IMG/VR virus record: IMGVR_UViG_3300021185_002469
Location: 1 to 44,777 of that record
DNA from: a virus
Taxonomy: Duplodnaviria; Caudoviricetes
DNA length: 44,777 nt
Reading direction: 5' to 3' (one strand)
The notes below the pieces were generated by a model. The model searched no databases. It was given only the letters and a program-made list of their open reading frames with translations, and was not told the DNA's origin. Within the stretch, counting starts at the first letter, position 1; every line of letters begins with the position of its first letter. Of the stretch, positions 9,822 through 18,512 are shown one piece after another. The translations under genes and the position numbers were made by a program.

Positions 9822-10955
9822 ATGGCCTGGAAAAAAATAATAGTTAGCGGATCATCCCCAGAATTAAATTCACTATCAGTAGATAATACAGTAACTGCTA
9901 ATGCTTTTAGCGGAAATGGAGCATCAATTACTGGTGTAGTTCATAATGCTGGTGAAATCGCATCTCAAATTTCCGGTTCATTCACATCTCTATCCGGTTC
10001 GATTGCAACTAGGTTTGAAGGATTAACATCATCTTACCCAGAGCTTACAAATATTCCTAACGGAATAATGTCTTCATCAGCTCAAGTTGAAGCTACATTA
10101 AATAATAATAGTGTTGATTTCGGTTCAGGAACAGTTACAGCCACAGCCTTTGTCGGTGATGGTTCTAATATTTCTAACATTACAATAGACCAATCAGCTA
10201 CCGTTATTAACAGCTTTACAGCACAGACATCAGTAGCAGTAACCCACAACTTTAGTTCTAAAAATGTAATAGCAACGGTATACGATGCAAATGATGCAAT
10301 GTTGATACCTGCTAGCGTAGTTACTACAAATGATAATGTAATAACAGTAACATTTAGTGAAGCTACAAGTGGTAGAGTAATAGTAGGTAAAGGTGGTCAT
10401 ATTGTATCTGGATCTATTCCTTATGCAAACATAATTGATAGACCTACTTTCTTATCATCATCAGCACAAATTAATTATTCAGAAGTACAAAACATACCTT
10501 CCGGTATTATCTCTTCATCAGCTCAAATAGATGCGAATTTATTTAACATCGATGGATTAGTATCTTCGTCTGCTCAATTAGGCTTAGGTACAACTAACAA
10601 TGTAGAATTTGCAGACTTAACTTTAACTGGAGATTTAGTAGTACAGGGAACAACAACTTCCATTCAAACTGAAAACTTACTAGTAGAAGATAAGTTTATC
10701 TTAGTTAACTCTGGTTCTGCAGCAGCAGATGGGGGTATAGTAGTTAATGGAGCAGGAGTTGCTTTTGGATATGATAACAGTGCAGGTAGATGGTCATTGG
10801 ATTCTGCAGGAGCTACAGCTAACCAGACTTCTATTTCAACAGATGCTTTCGTAGCAGGTGTAGTAGATATTGACGCAGGACATTCAGACATTTCAGAGTA
10901 TCAAAAAAATGGTAATATAAAAATAGACAGTGGAACGATTTTCATCTATTCTTAA
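9822..10955 (+). CDS. Mosaic tail fibre-like structural protein (MAWKKIIVSGS family)
   Basis: N-terminus like 8411/11276, middle like aa ~197-345 of ORF 2611, C-terminus like 8411. Confidence 0.65.
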   Translation: MAWKKIIVSGSSPELNSLSVDNTVTANAFSGNGASITGVVHNAGEIASQISGSFTSLSGSIATRFEGLTSSYPELTNIPNGIMSSSAQVEATLNNNSVDFGSGTVTATAFVGDGSNISNITIDQSATVINSFTAQTSVAVTHNFSSKNVIATVYDANDAMLIPASVVTTNDNVITVTFSEATSGRVIVGKGGHIVSGSIPYANIIDRPTFLSSSAQINYSEVQNIPSGIISSSAQIDANLFNIDGLVSSSAQLGLGTTNNVEFADLTLTGDLVVQGTTTSIQTENLLVEDKFILVNSGSAAADGGIVVNGAGVAFGYDNSAGRWSLDSAGATANQTSISTDAFVAGVVDIDAGHSDISEYQKNGNIKIDSGTIFIYS

Positions 10956-10971
10956 GAAGTTATTAAAAAAA

Positions 10972-11175
10972 ATGGCGTTTATAAATAAAGGTAAAATATT
11001 GACAGGAAAAGCAGCTCAAGATAAAATGAAAAAAGACGAGGCTGTTAACACTGATCTTACACAACAAGAAATACAATTTATACTTACTAAACTTAGACAA
11101 GCCAATTTTAAAGGCGCTGAGTTTGAGCTCTTTTATGTTGTATTTTCTAAACTTTCCAATTTACTTAAAAAGTAG
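10972..11175 (+). CDS. Small hypothetical protein (67 aa), possibly a fibre assembly chaperone
   Basis: The ATG at 10972, after an A-rich tract, is in frame with the track ORF 10930..11175 and avoids overlap. Sequence is helical (DLTQQEIQFILTKL). Confidence 0.55.
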   Translation: MAFINKGKILTGKAAQDKMKKDEAVNTDLTQQEIQFILTKLRQANFKGAEFELFYVVFSKLSNLLKK

Positions 11176-11208
11176 TTGCTTATTTAACTTTTTTTAGCGA
11201 TATTTATT
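11175..11208 (+). promoter_or_regulatory. Putative composite promoter (GTTG...GATATTTATT)
   Basis: GTTG at 11175 and ATATT ending at 11204 have the same spacing as the 38731 and 41648 copies; TATTTATT at 11201. Confidence 0.4.
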
Positions 11209-11216
11209 ATTAAAGC

Positions 11217-11267
11217 TATTATAGGCCTTCACAGGAAGTGGGCTCGAAAGAGTTACCAACCGTAATA
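11217..11267 (+). ncRNA. Candidate structured 5' leader RNA (three-way junction, GAAA tetraloop)
   Basis: P1 is TATTAT(A)GG/CCGTAATA, P2 is CCT-TCAC-AGG, P3 is TGG-GCTC-GAAA-GAGT-TA-CCA. It is a GC-enriched island between the promoter motif and ATG 11276. Confidence 0.5.
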
Positions 11268-11275
11268 TAAGTAAC

Positions 11276-11605
11276 ATGCCAAATTGGAAAAAATTAATAA
11301 CTAGCGGTTCAAACGCTAATTTAAATTCTCTTACCGTAGTAGGAACAGTATCTGCTAATGCATTTAGCGGAGATGGTTCTTCATTGAGTAATCTTTCAAT
11401 TCCTTCTACCTTCACTAAAAATATAGTTGGAGGTTCCCTTTCCTATAATATAGATCATAATTTATCCGAAGCTTATCCTATAGTACAGGTGTACGATGGT
11501 AATGGATATCAGGTTATCCCTAAAGATGTAATATCTATCAGTTCTAGTAGAGTGCAAGTAAATTTTTCAGATGAATTTAGCGGTACTATTGTTGTAAAAA
11601 AGTAG
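11276..11605 (+). CDS. Small fibre-related structural protein (MPNWKKLITSGS family)
   Basis: Consists only of the shared N-terminal module plus the HNL...VQVYD...IP...V.F beta module also found in 2611 and 9822. Confidence 0.6.
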   Translation: MPNWKKLITSGSNANLNSLTVVGTVSANAFSGDGSSLSNLSIPSTFTKNIVGGSLSYNIDHNLSEAYPIVQVYDGNGYQVIPKDVISISSSRVQVNFSDEFSGTIVVKK

Positions 11606-11606
11606 A

Positions 11607-11614
11607 TATTTATA
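11607..11614 (+). promoter_or_regulatory. Putative late promoter TATTTATA
   Basis: Intergenic, 38 nt before ATG 11645. Confidence 0.55.
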
Positions 11615-11644
11615 TATAAGATAACTCAAATAAATTAAAAGATA

Positions 11645-14600
11645 ATGAGAATAGATAGTCCTAAAGTATCGAATTTAACCTTCCAATCTGGATCAGCAGT
11701 TTCTGACTCAGCTTTTACTGGTTCATTTTCCGGTTCATTTACTGGGGTTGGTAATTTTACCGGCCTTACAGCAGATAGCGTAGAATATGCAAACATTTTA
11801 AATAGACCAGCTGGTTTAGTTTCAGGTTCTTCAGCACAAGCAAGGTCACAAATCGGATCAGTCATCGGTACAGACGTTCAAGCTTACCATGAAAATCTAA
11901 GTGACATATCAAACTTAAACCCAACAGACAGTACATTTATTGTCGGAGCAGGATCATCATTCGTATTAGAGTCTGGTAACACCGTAAGAGCTTCTCTTGG
12001 ACTAGGAAGTTTAGCTACATTAAATACCAACTCAACATTAGGTTCTGTTAACCTATCAACTAACTCAACGTATTCTTTTCCTAACCTTACCGATCTACCA
12101 ACTCTATTCTCATCATCAGATCAAGTAACAGGTATAGGAAACTCACAATTATCAAACTCAAGCATAACCATAGATAGTACAGCTGTCTCATTAGGAGGGT
12201 CAGTAACTACTCTACAGTTAGGTTCAACTAATTCAACAGCACTAGCTGGTAATACTACAACTATAACATCAGCACAATCTACTAAGCTATCTAATATAAC
12301 GATAACACAAGCAGTTGATTTAGATACATTAGAAAGTAATGTTACTACAAACAACGCTAAAGTAACAAACGTATCAACTAACTTATCTAAAACAGTTAGC
12401 GGTACTGGATTCTCAATTAATTCATCAGATGGTGATAATGTAGCATTAACATTAGCAGATACAAGCAATTGGGGATTAATGTCAGACGAAATGTATGACA
12501 AATTAGATGGAATTGAAGCAGGAGCTACCGCAGACCAATCAAATGCTGAAATTAGAGCAGCAGTAGAAGCTGCATCTGATTCAAACGTATTTACCGATGC
12601 AGACCATACTAAATTAAATGGTATAGAAGATGGAGCAACAGCAGATCAAGATTTAAGTTCTTATCAATTAAAACCAAGTGAAGGAGCATTCGCTAATGGT
12701 GATAAAACTAAATTAGACGGAATAGAAGCAAGTGCTACAGCAGATCAATCAAATGCAGAAATTAGAGCAGCAGTTGAAGCAGCAAGTGATTCAAATGTAT
12801 TCACAGACGCTGATCATACTAAATTAAATAATATAGAAGCTAATGCAACAGCAGATCAATCAAATGCCGAAATTAGAGCGGCTGTTGAAGCAGCATCCGA
12901 TTCAAATGTATTTACAGATGATGATCATTCCAAATTAGGGAGTATTGAAGATGGTGCTACAGCAGATCAATCAAATGCCGAAATCGTTGCAGCAGTAGTA
13001 GCTTCAACAAGTATATCTAATAGTAATAAAGGAACTATACGAAGTAATATAGGAGTAGATGCAGCAGGTACTGATAACTCAACAGATGTATCCTTAGGCG
13101 GTTCATATGATTATATTACAATAAGTGGTCAAGCAATCACAAGAAATCAAATTAACTTATCAACTGATGTAACAGGTACCTTACCGGTATCTAATATGGC
13201 AGCTACAGCATTAACAACTGTACAGACAGCAGCTGATCAATCAGCTCATTTAGCATTAACAGCACAAGAAGGTGACGTTGTTGTTAGATCTGATGAGAAT
13301 AAAACATATATGCATAACGGTGGTACTGCTGGAACTATGGCAGACTATACGTTATTAGCAACTCCAACCGATGCTGTAACAAGCGTTAACGGTAATACAG
13401 GTGTTGTTACTGTAACAGAGAACGTTACAACAAATTTAGGTATAAGTGGTACAACAGGTGCTAGAACAATTACATCTTCAGACGGTACTAACGCAGTAAT
13501 ACCAGTAGCTACAGATAGTGTTTCTGGTGTAATGTCAGCAGCCGATCATACTAGACTTACAGGTATAGAAGATGGTGCTACTGCAGATCAATCAAATGCA
13601 GAAATAAGAGCGGCTGTTGAAGCAGCTTCAGACTCAAATGTATTTACGGATGCAGATCATACTAAATTAAATGCTATATCTGGAACTAACACTGGAGACC
13701 AAGATTTAAGTTCATATCAATTACAACCTTCAGAAGGAGCTTTTGAAAACGGCGATAAGACTAAATTAGATGGTATTGAATCTAATGCAACTGCAGATCA
13801 AACAGCCGCTGAAATTAGAGCAGCAGTAGAAGCTGCATCTGATTCAAACGTATTTACAGATGATGATCATTCCAAATTAGATAATATAGAAGCTAATGCA
13901 ACAGCAGATCAAACAGCCGCTCAAATTAGAACCTTAGTAGGTACAGGTAACAGTAACTTTGTACCGGCAGCTGGTTCAGCAGGAACTTTCTTAGCTCATG
14001 ACGGTGTATATAGAACTCCATCTTATACTACAAACACAGATACAAATACAAACCAACTTACTACTTGGACTTTAAGAGATGATGATAACGATGATGTAAC
14101 TATCGGTCAAGGCAAGTTTATTAAGTTCGTATCAGCAACAGGTGCATCTGGTACAAATATAACAGGAGCCGGTACAACAGGTGATCCTTATATTGTAACA
14201 ATAACATCACCAGATACTGATACAGATACTAATACACAGAGAGGCATTCATGATACTCCAGTAGATGGTGCTACAACTACTTCAATTAGTTCAAACTGGG
14301 CATTTGATAATGTTAAGACAGCAGTACCTAGTGGAGCAGTATTTACAGATACTAATACTCAAGCAACAAGAGGAACTTTAGGTATCGATACTGATGATAA
14401 TGTAGCATTTAATGGATTGATGGTAGGTAATGCGTTAAACTCAACAGCTAATACAATTCGTTGTGAAGGAGATATCGTAGCATATTATTCTTCTGATGAA
14501 CAATTTAAAGACAATATAGTTACTCTAGACGGCGCTTTAGATAAAGTTAAAGCGATAAGAGGTGTAAGATTTGACTGGAACGATAAACAAGATGTTCATG

Positions 14601-14782
14601 AAGGTCATGATATTGGAGTAGTTGCACAAGAAGTTGAAGCAGTACTACCAGAATTAGTTCACCACAGAGAGTATAATGACTCTAAAGCAGTTGATTACGT
14701 TAAGTTAACAGCTGTGCTTGTCGAAGCAGTAAAAGAATTATCTGCTAAAGTAGATGAGTTAGAAGGAAAATGTAACTGTTAA
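11645..14782 (+). CDS. Long tail fibre with C-terminal intramolecular chaperone/autocleavage domain (peptidase S74-like)
   Basis: C-terminal GDIVAYYSSDEQFKDNI...IRGVRFDW...IGVVAQEVEAVLPELV...AVDYVKLTAVLVEAVKEL, plus DKTKLDGIE-type shaft repeats. Confidence 0.85.
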   Translation: MRIDSPKVSNLTFQSGSAVSDSAFTGSFSGSFTGVGNFTGLTADSVEYANILNRPAGLVSGSSAQARSQIGSVIGTDVQAYHENLSDISNLNPTDSTFIVGAGSSFVLESGNTVRASLGLGSLATLNTNSTLGSVNLSTNSTYSFPNLTDLPTLFSSSDQVTGIGNSQLSNSSITIDSTAVSLGGSVTTLQLGSTNSTALAGNTTTITSAQSTKLSNITITQAVDLDTLESNVTTNNAKVTNVSTNLSKTVSGTGFSINSSDGDNVALTLADTSNWGLMSDEMYDKLDGIEAGATADQSNAEIRAAVEAASDSNVFTDADHTKLNGIEDGATADQDLSSYQLKPSEGAFANGDKTKLDGIEASATADQSNAEIRAAVEAASDSNVFTDADHTKLNNIEANATADQSNAEIRAAVEAASDSNVFTDDDHSKLGSIEDGATADQSNAEIVAAVVASTSISNSNKGTIRSNIGVDAAGTDNSTDVSLGGSYDYITISGQAITRNQINLSTDVTGTLPVSNMAATALTTVQTAADQSAHLALTAQEGDVVVRSDENKTYMHNGGTAGTMADYTLLATPTDAVTSVNGNTGVVTVTENVTTNLGISGTTGARTITSSDGTNAVIPVATDSVSGVMSAADHTRLTGIEDGATADQSNAEIRAAVEAASDSNVFTDADHTKLNAISGTNTGDQDLSSYQLQPSEGAFENGDKTKLDGIESNATADQTAAEIRAAVEAASDSNVFTDDDHSKLDNIEANATADQTAAQIRTLVGTGNSNFVPAAGSAGTFLAHDGVYRTPSYTTNTDTNTNQLTTWTLRDDDNDDVTIGQGKFIKFVSATGASGTNITGAGTTGDPYIVTITSPDTDTDTNTQRGIHDTPVDGATTTSISSNWAFDNVKTAVPSGAVFTDTNTQATRGTLGIDTDDNVAFNGLMVGNALNSTANTIRCEGDIVAYYSSDEQFKDNIVTLDGALDKVKAIRGVRFDWNDKQDVHEGHDIGVVAQEVEAVLPELVHHREYNDSKAVDYVKLTAVLVEAVKELSAKVDELEGKCNC
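12506..13930 (+). repeat. Coding repeats in the fibre shaft: five 37-aa units, two 33-aa units and two partial units, in two blocks
   Basis: Unit A is DGIEAGATADQSNAEIRAAVEAASDSNVFTDADHTKL; unit B ends DQDLSSYQL[KQ]PSEGAF[AE]NGDKTKL. Blocks are ~12506-13000 (A-B-A-A-a) and ~13559-13930 (A-B-A-a). Confidence 0.85.
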
Positions 14783-14794
14783 AATAAATAAAGA

Positions 14795-15343
14795 ATGGGT
14801 TTTAGATTAAATGTAGATCTCGAAACGGGATCCGGTCCAACACAAGAAGCGTATATTAGAATAGATAATTACCGCTTCAATAAAGTTACAAGTGAGTTAG
14901 TTTTAACTACCACAACGTGGTTAAATAAAGATAAAGCTGCCTCATTTAACCGGAAGTATTTAGATGAAAGTCTAAAAAATGCAGAAGGATTAGTTTCAGC
15001 AAACGTTCTTTATTATGAAGACCCAGAGAGTGAAGGAGTAGAGGTAACAATACCTATACTATATAAAACTTCACTAGCTGAATTAGAAGAAATAGAATTT
15101 CCTACTTTTGAAAAAAAAGAGGTGATAGAACAAGTACCTTATGTTAGTTTTGATTCTAACGGAGATGAAATAACAAAGTACAGAGACGAACTTGTAACTA
15201 AGGAAGTCCAAACTGGTTCTTATAAAGAAAAGAAAGAAGTTATTAATATAAGCGTTTTAAATAATCTATATGATTATGCATATGGAGTTGTAAAAAAGAA
15301 GTTGGCAGAAGTGTTTCCTATAGATAAAATAGAAAAAATATAA
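14795..15343 (+). CDS. Hypothetical acidic protein, fibre-associated
   Basis: Clean 182-aa ORF directly after the fibre gene; no recognisable motif. Confidence 0.55.
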   Translation: MGFRLNVDLETGSGPTQEAYIRIDNYRFNKVTSELVLTTTTWLNKDKAASFNRKYLDESLKNAEGLVSANVLYYEDPESEGVEVTIPILYKTSLAELEEIEFPTFEKKEVIEQVPYVSFDSNGDEITKYRDELVTKEVQTGSYKEKKEVINISVLNNLYDYAYGVVKKKLAEVFPIDKIEKI

Positions 15344-15347
15344 TAAC

Positions 15348-15830
15348 ATGGCAGTATACGGATACGGAAATTTAGCAACTAATGTCTCATTTAGTACATT
15401 TGATGCATGGTCAAATTCTTATAGCAGTAACAGTAATATAAGCTTAACGACTGTAATGACAGGATTAGAACCAGCAGATTCAGCCCCTCATCAGGTATCT
15501 GAAATAAGAGGTAATAATTTTCTATACGGAAGTGTCGTAGCCGAAACAGGAGGAACTGTAGCTGTTACAGCAGGGTATACTCAAGCTGCTTTTACTACTC
15601 ATACTCTATTAAACGTTAACTTCAATACTATATCATCTGTTACATTAACTGCTACTGCTACCTACCCTTATACATTCCACTCTTTTAGAGATGCATCAGG
15701 AGGAGCTGGTAGTGCACTAAGTACAACCGGTGCAGGTACAACAACAGGGACTATAACCCTTACAGCATCTACACATACAGGTGTATCTACTTTTTACGCT
15801 TACTTCACAACTACACACGTATCACCATAA
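15348..15830 (+). CDS. Hypothetical Thr/Ser-rich structural protein (possible fibre tip)
   Basis: Thr/Ser/Ala-rich, beta-strand character, VTLTATATYPYTF; composition matches the virion proteins upstream. Confidence 0.5.
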   Translation: MAVYGYGNLATNVSFSTFDAWSNSYSSNSNISLTTVMTGLEPADSAPHQVSEIRGNNFLYGSVVAETGGTVAVTAGYTQAAFTTHTLLNVNFNTISSVTLTATATYPYTFHSFRDASGGAGSALSTTGAGTTTGTITLTASTHTGVSTFYAYFTTTHVSP

Positions 15831-15852
15831 AAATAACTAAAAAGGTTTTAAT

Positions 15853-16713
15853 TTGAAGATTATATGGGTTTATGAAAACATAACTAAACAAAGAGAAGAA
15901 TATAGTAAGTTTAATACCTTACTTATGCTTGCCTCAGTTAGTTTATGGAAACGAAATCATCCTGAAGATGATACATGGTTATACTGTGATGAATTAACTC
16001 ATTCACTTATAAAAGATATTGGAGTAGAATCTCTTTATGACAATATCGAAATAATAGACTTCAAAACTAGACCTATTGAGAAAAAAAATTTCTGGGCTAG
16101 TTCTAAACTTCAAGTTTTAGCTCTTCAAAAAGAACCTGTTATTATAATGGATTGTGATACATTAGTATTTAAACCATTTAAAAATCATTTAAAAGAAAAC
16201 CAAGTATTATTTGCTAATAGAGAATTCGGTAGAGGTTATTACCCTACAGCTATGGATCCTTTAATTAGAGCTTTATCTTATAAAGCAAGATGGCAAACAG
16301 ACTCTGTTAATGTTTCTTTTTTATATCTTCCTGATCCTGACTTTACTAGAGAGTACGCAAATCTTAGCTTACGATTAATGGAAGAATTTACTGCTTTAAA
16401 AGCACCTAATTCTAGATATCTTATTTTTGCAGAACAACTTTTACTGAAACATTTATTAAATAAAAATAAAATAGACCATAGAGCTGTTATATCTACAGAA
16501 TGGGACTGTAATAAATGGGAATGGAGTAAAAAAGAAACAGACGGTATATGGAGTATAAAGGATTCTTGGCAATGGTTTAGACATTATGGTCCTTTAAAAC
16601 AATGGTATAAATCTAACGATCCAGCACATCCTTATGATGTTGAAATGGAAATGTTGCGTAATTGCATAAATTTTCATAAATTTATAGATCTAAGCAGTTT
16701 AAGTAAGAGATGA
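15853..16713 (+). CDS. Putative GT-A fold nucleotide-sugar transferase-like protein
   Basis: TTG start; FWASSKL...EPVIIMDCDTLVF (DxD after a hydrophobic strand), SVNVSF, IFAEQLLL and FRHYG. Confidence 0.5.
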   Translation: MKIIWVYENITKQREEYSKFNTLLMLASVSLWKRNHPEDDTWLYCDELTHSLIKDIGVESLYDNIEIIDFKTRPIEKKNFWASSKLQVLALQKEPVIIMDCDTLVFKPFKNHLKENQVLFANREFGRGYYPTAMDPLIRALSYKARWQTDSVNVSFLYLPDPDFTREYANLSLRLMEEFTALKAPNSRYLIFAEQLLLKHLLNKNKIDHRAVISTEWDCNKWEWSKKETDGIWSIKDSWQWFRHYGPLKQWYKSNDPAHPYDVEMEMLRNCINFHKFIDLSSLSKR

Positions 16714-17477
16714 GTATAGTAGATAAAAATTTTGTATTTGATAAGATTACCAACAATCAAGTTTACGGACAAGATGAAAATGGTAAGATACTCATAGATC
16801 ATGAAGCTGTAAAATATAGATGGACTCATGGAGCTACAGATTTTCATCTAGGAGACGGTCTTCTTATATATGCTATGATTCAGAATATGAGAGCTAAGAA
16901 CTGTGTTTGTTTAGGTTCAGGTGCTGGTTATATTCCTAGAATAATGACTCAAGCTAGATTAGATTTATATGATCAAGAGATATTTGAAGGAGATCCTGAT
17001 TTTAGTTGGGGTGATATAGGTGCTACATTTATAGTAGATGCTGCAAATGGAGTAGGAGGACAGGTAGATTGGTTAGATAAAGATTCATTTCTAAGAAAAA
17101 TATTTCATCCTAGAATAGTTAATGATACTACAGAAAGAGCATATTATGACTTTTTCATCAAAGAAGATATTAAGATAGATTACTTACATATTGATGCTGG
17201 TCATTCATATGATAATGTAAAACAAGACTTTGAATTATATAGCAAAATTCTTAACCCTAATGGTATTATATCTATTCACGATACAGACCTTAGCTACGCT
17301 AATAAACACATTGTCACAAAGGACGTAACAGATCAAAACAACCATGAAGAGTTTGCAAATGGACCTGCTGAGTTTATTCAAGAAATAGATGGATGGCAGA
17401 GATTCGATTTTCACAATCATGGTATTTTAAATACAAAACCTAGTTCAACCGGATTAACAATATTCAGACGTGCCTAA
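16710..17477 (+). CDS. Class I SAM-dependent methyltransferase (Methyltransf_24-like)
   Basis: VCLGSGAGY (motif I), IDYLHIDAGHSYDNVKQDF and LNPNGIISIHD. Confidence 0.8.
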   Translation: MSIVDKNFVFDKITNNQVYGQDENGKILIDHEAVKYRWTHGATDFHLGDGLLIYAMIQNMRAKNCVCLGSGAGYIPRIMTQARLDLYDQEIFEGDPDFSWGDIGATFIVDAANGVGGQVDWLDKDSFLRKIFHPRIVNDTTERAYYDFFIKEDIKIDYLHIDAGHSYDNVKQDFELYSKILNPNGIISIHDTDLSYANKHIVTKDVTDQNNHEEFANGPAEFIQEIDGWQRFDFHNHGILNTKPSSTGLTIFRRA

Positions 17478-18309
17478 TTTAGTTACAGTTGTAGGAAAAA
17501 ATACTCATATGCTGCCGCATATGTTAAAGCATTATGAAAATGTTATAGACAAATCATACGTGGTAGTTTATAGACATTCAGACGATGATGGTATTTTAGA
17601 AGAAATCGAAGAATTAGGAATTAAACCTTATTTAGTCGTTACAGAAGACAAATATAACTGGGAAAGAGTAACACAGTTATACAACTATGTAAAAAGCCAA
17701 CGACCAAACGATTGGTGGATAGTATCAGATGATGATGAATTACAAGTATACCCTGAACCTATAGAAGACATTATAGAGAAATGTGAGAGAAAGGGGTATG
17801 ACTTTGTTACAGGAGGGTTCATAGACAGGATAGGTATAGATGGTACATTTCCTAAAGTAACGGCAGACACTAATATTCACGAAGCATTTCCTTTAGCTGG
17901 ATTCTTTAGATATCCAATGTCTAAAGCATGTCCAAATAAATGTACGTTAATGAAAGGATTCCAAGATGTAACTCCTGGACAGCATTATGCTGCTTTTAAT
18001 GACGGTACTAATAGCTGGGGAGAAAAACATTCAAGAAGAATGCCTGTAGAAGAAGTATTTACTCAGGTACATCACTTTAAATGGGATAGTACTTGTTTGA
18101 GTAGAATGCTTGAAGTAGCAGAGATAAAAAAAGATTACGCATTTTCTAAAGAATACAGTAAAATGTATAGAGCAATTGCAAGAACAGATTGGAAAATAGA
18201 CATTACTAAACCTGAATATTTAGTTGCTAAATTAAAAGAAAGTTCGTATATTGAATATAAAGACTACCCACACTGGGATGAATTACGTAAATTAATAATA
18301 ACAATATGA
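17470..18309 (+). CDS. Glycosyltransferase family 2-like (Glyco_tranf_2_4-type)
   Basis: GTG start; MLPHMLKHY, DWWIVSDDDE (DxDE), PGQH and VHHFKW. Confidence 0.65.
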   Translation: MPNLVTVVGKNTHMLPHMLKHYENVIDKSYVVVYRHSDDDGILEEIEELGIKPYLVVTEDKYNWERVTQLYNYVKSQRPNDWWIVSDDDELQVYPEPIEDIIEKCERKGYDFVTGGFIDRIGIDGTFPKVTADTNIHEAFPLAGFFRYPMSKACPNKCTLMKGFQDVTPGQHYAAFNDGTNSWGEKHSRRMPVEEVFTQVHHFKWDSTCLSRMLEVAEIKKDYAFSKEYSKMYRAIARTDWKIDITKPEYLVAKLKESSYIEYKDYPHWDELRKLIITI

Positions 18310-18512
18310 GTGCAAAAATCGACAAAGAAGCTTTAGAAGCTGAAAAAGTTTTAATCGAAGAAAGAAAAACAAAAGCGTTAGAGAAGATCGCTGTATCATT
18401 AGATGCTCTAACAGTTTGGTTTGAAGAAATCGACAAAGAAGATTGGGACGGAAGAATACAATTTTATCTTGCTGAATGGCATAAAAGCTTAACTGAGAAA
18501 TTGGATAAATAA
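18306..18512 (+). CDS. Small hypothetical helical protein (68 aa)
   Basis: Overlap-coupled to both neighbours. Confidence 0.55.
   Translation: MSAKIDKEALEAEKVLIEERKTKALEKIAVSLDALTVWFEEIDKEDWDGRIQFYLAEWHKSLTEKLDK

Noticed and set aside
10930-10971. GTG start at 10930 given by the ORF track
   Set aside because: It overlaps the upstream gene; the in-frame ATG at 10972 after an A-rich tract fits better.
11217-11267. Assignment as a hammerhead ribozyme or c-di-GMP riboswitch
   Set aside because: The CUGANGA core is absent, and the element lacks the length and conserved features I know for c-di-GMP-I/II. It is kept as an unassigned candidate RNA.
12506-13930. CRISPR array or DGR template/variable repeat
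   Set aside because: The repeats are in-frame coding units varying mainly at synonymous sites. There are no unique spacers, no adenine-specific mismatch pattern and no reverse transcriptase in the window.
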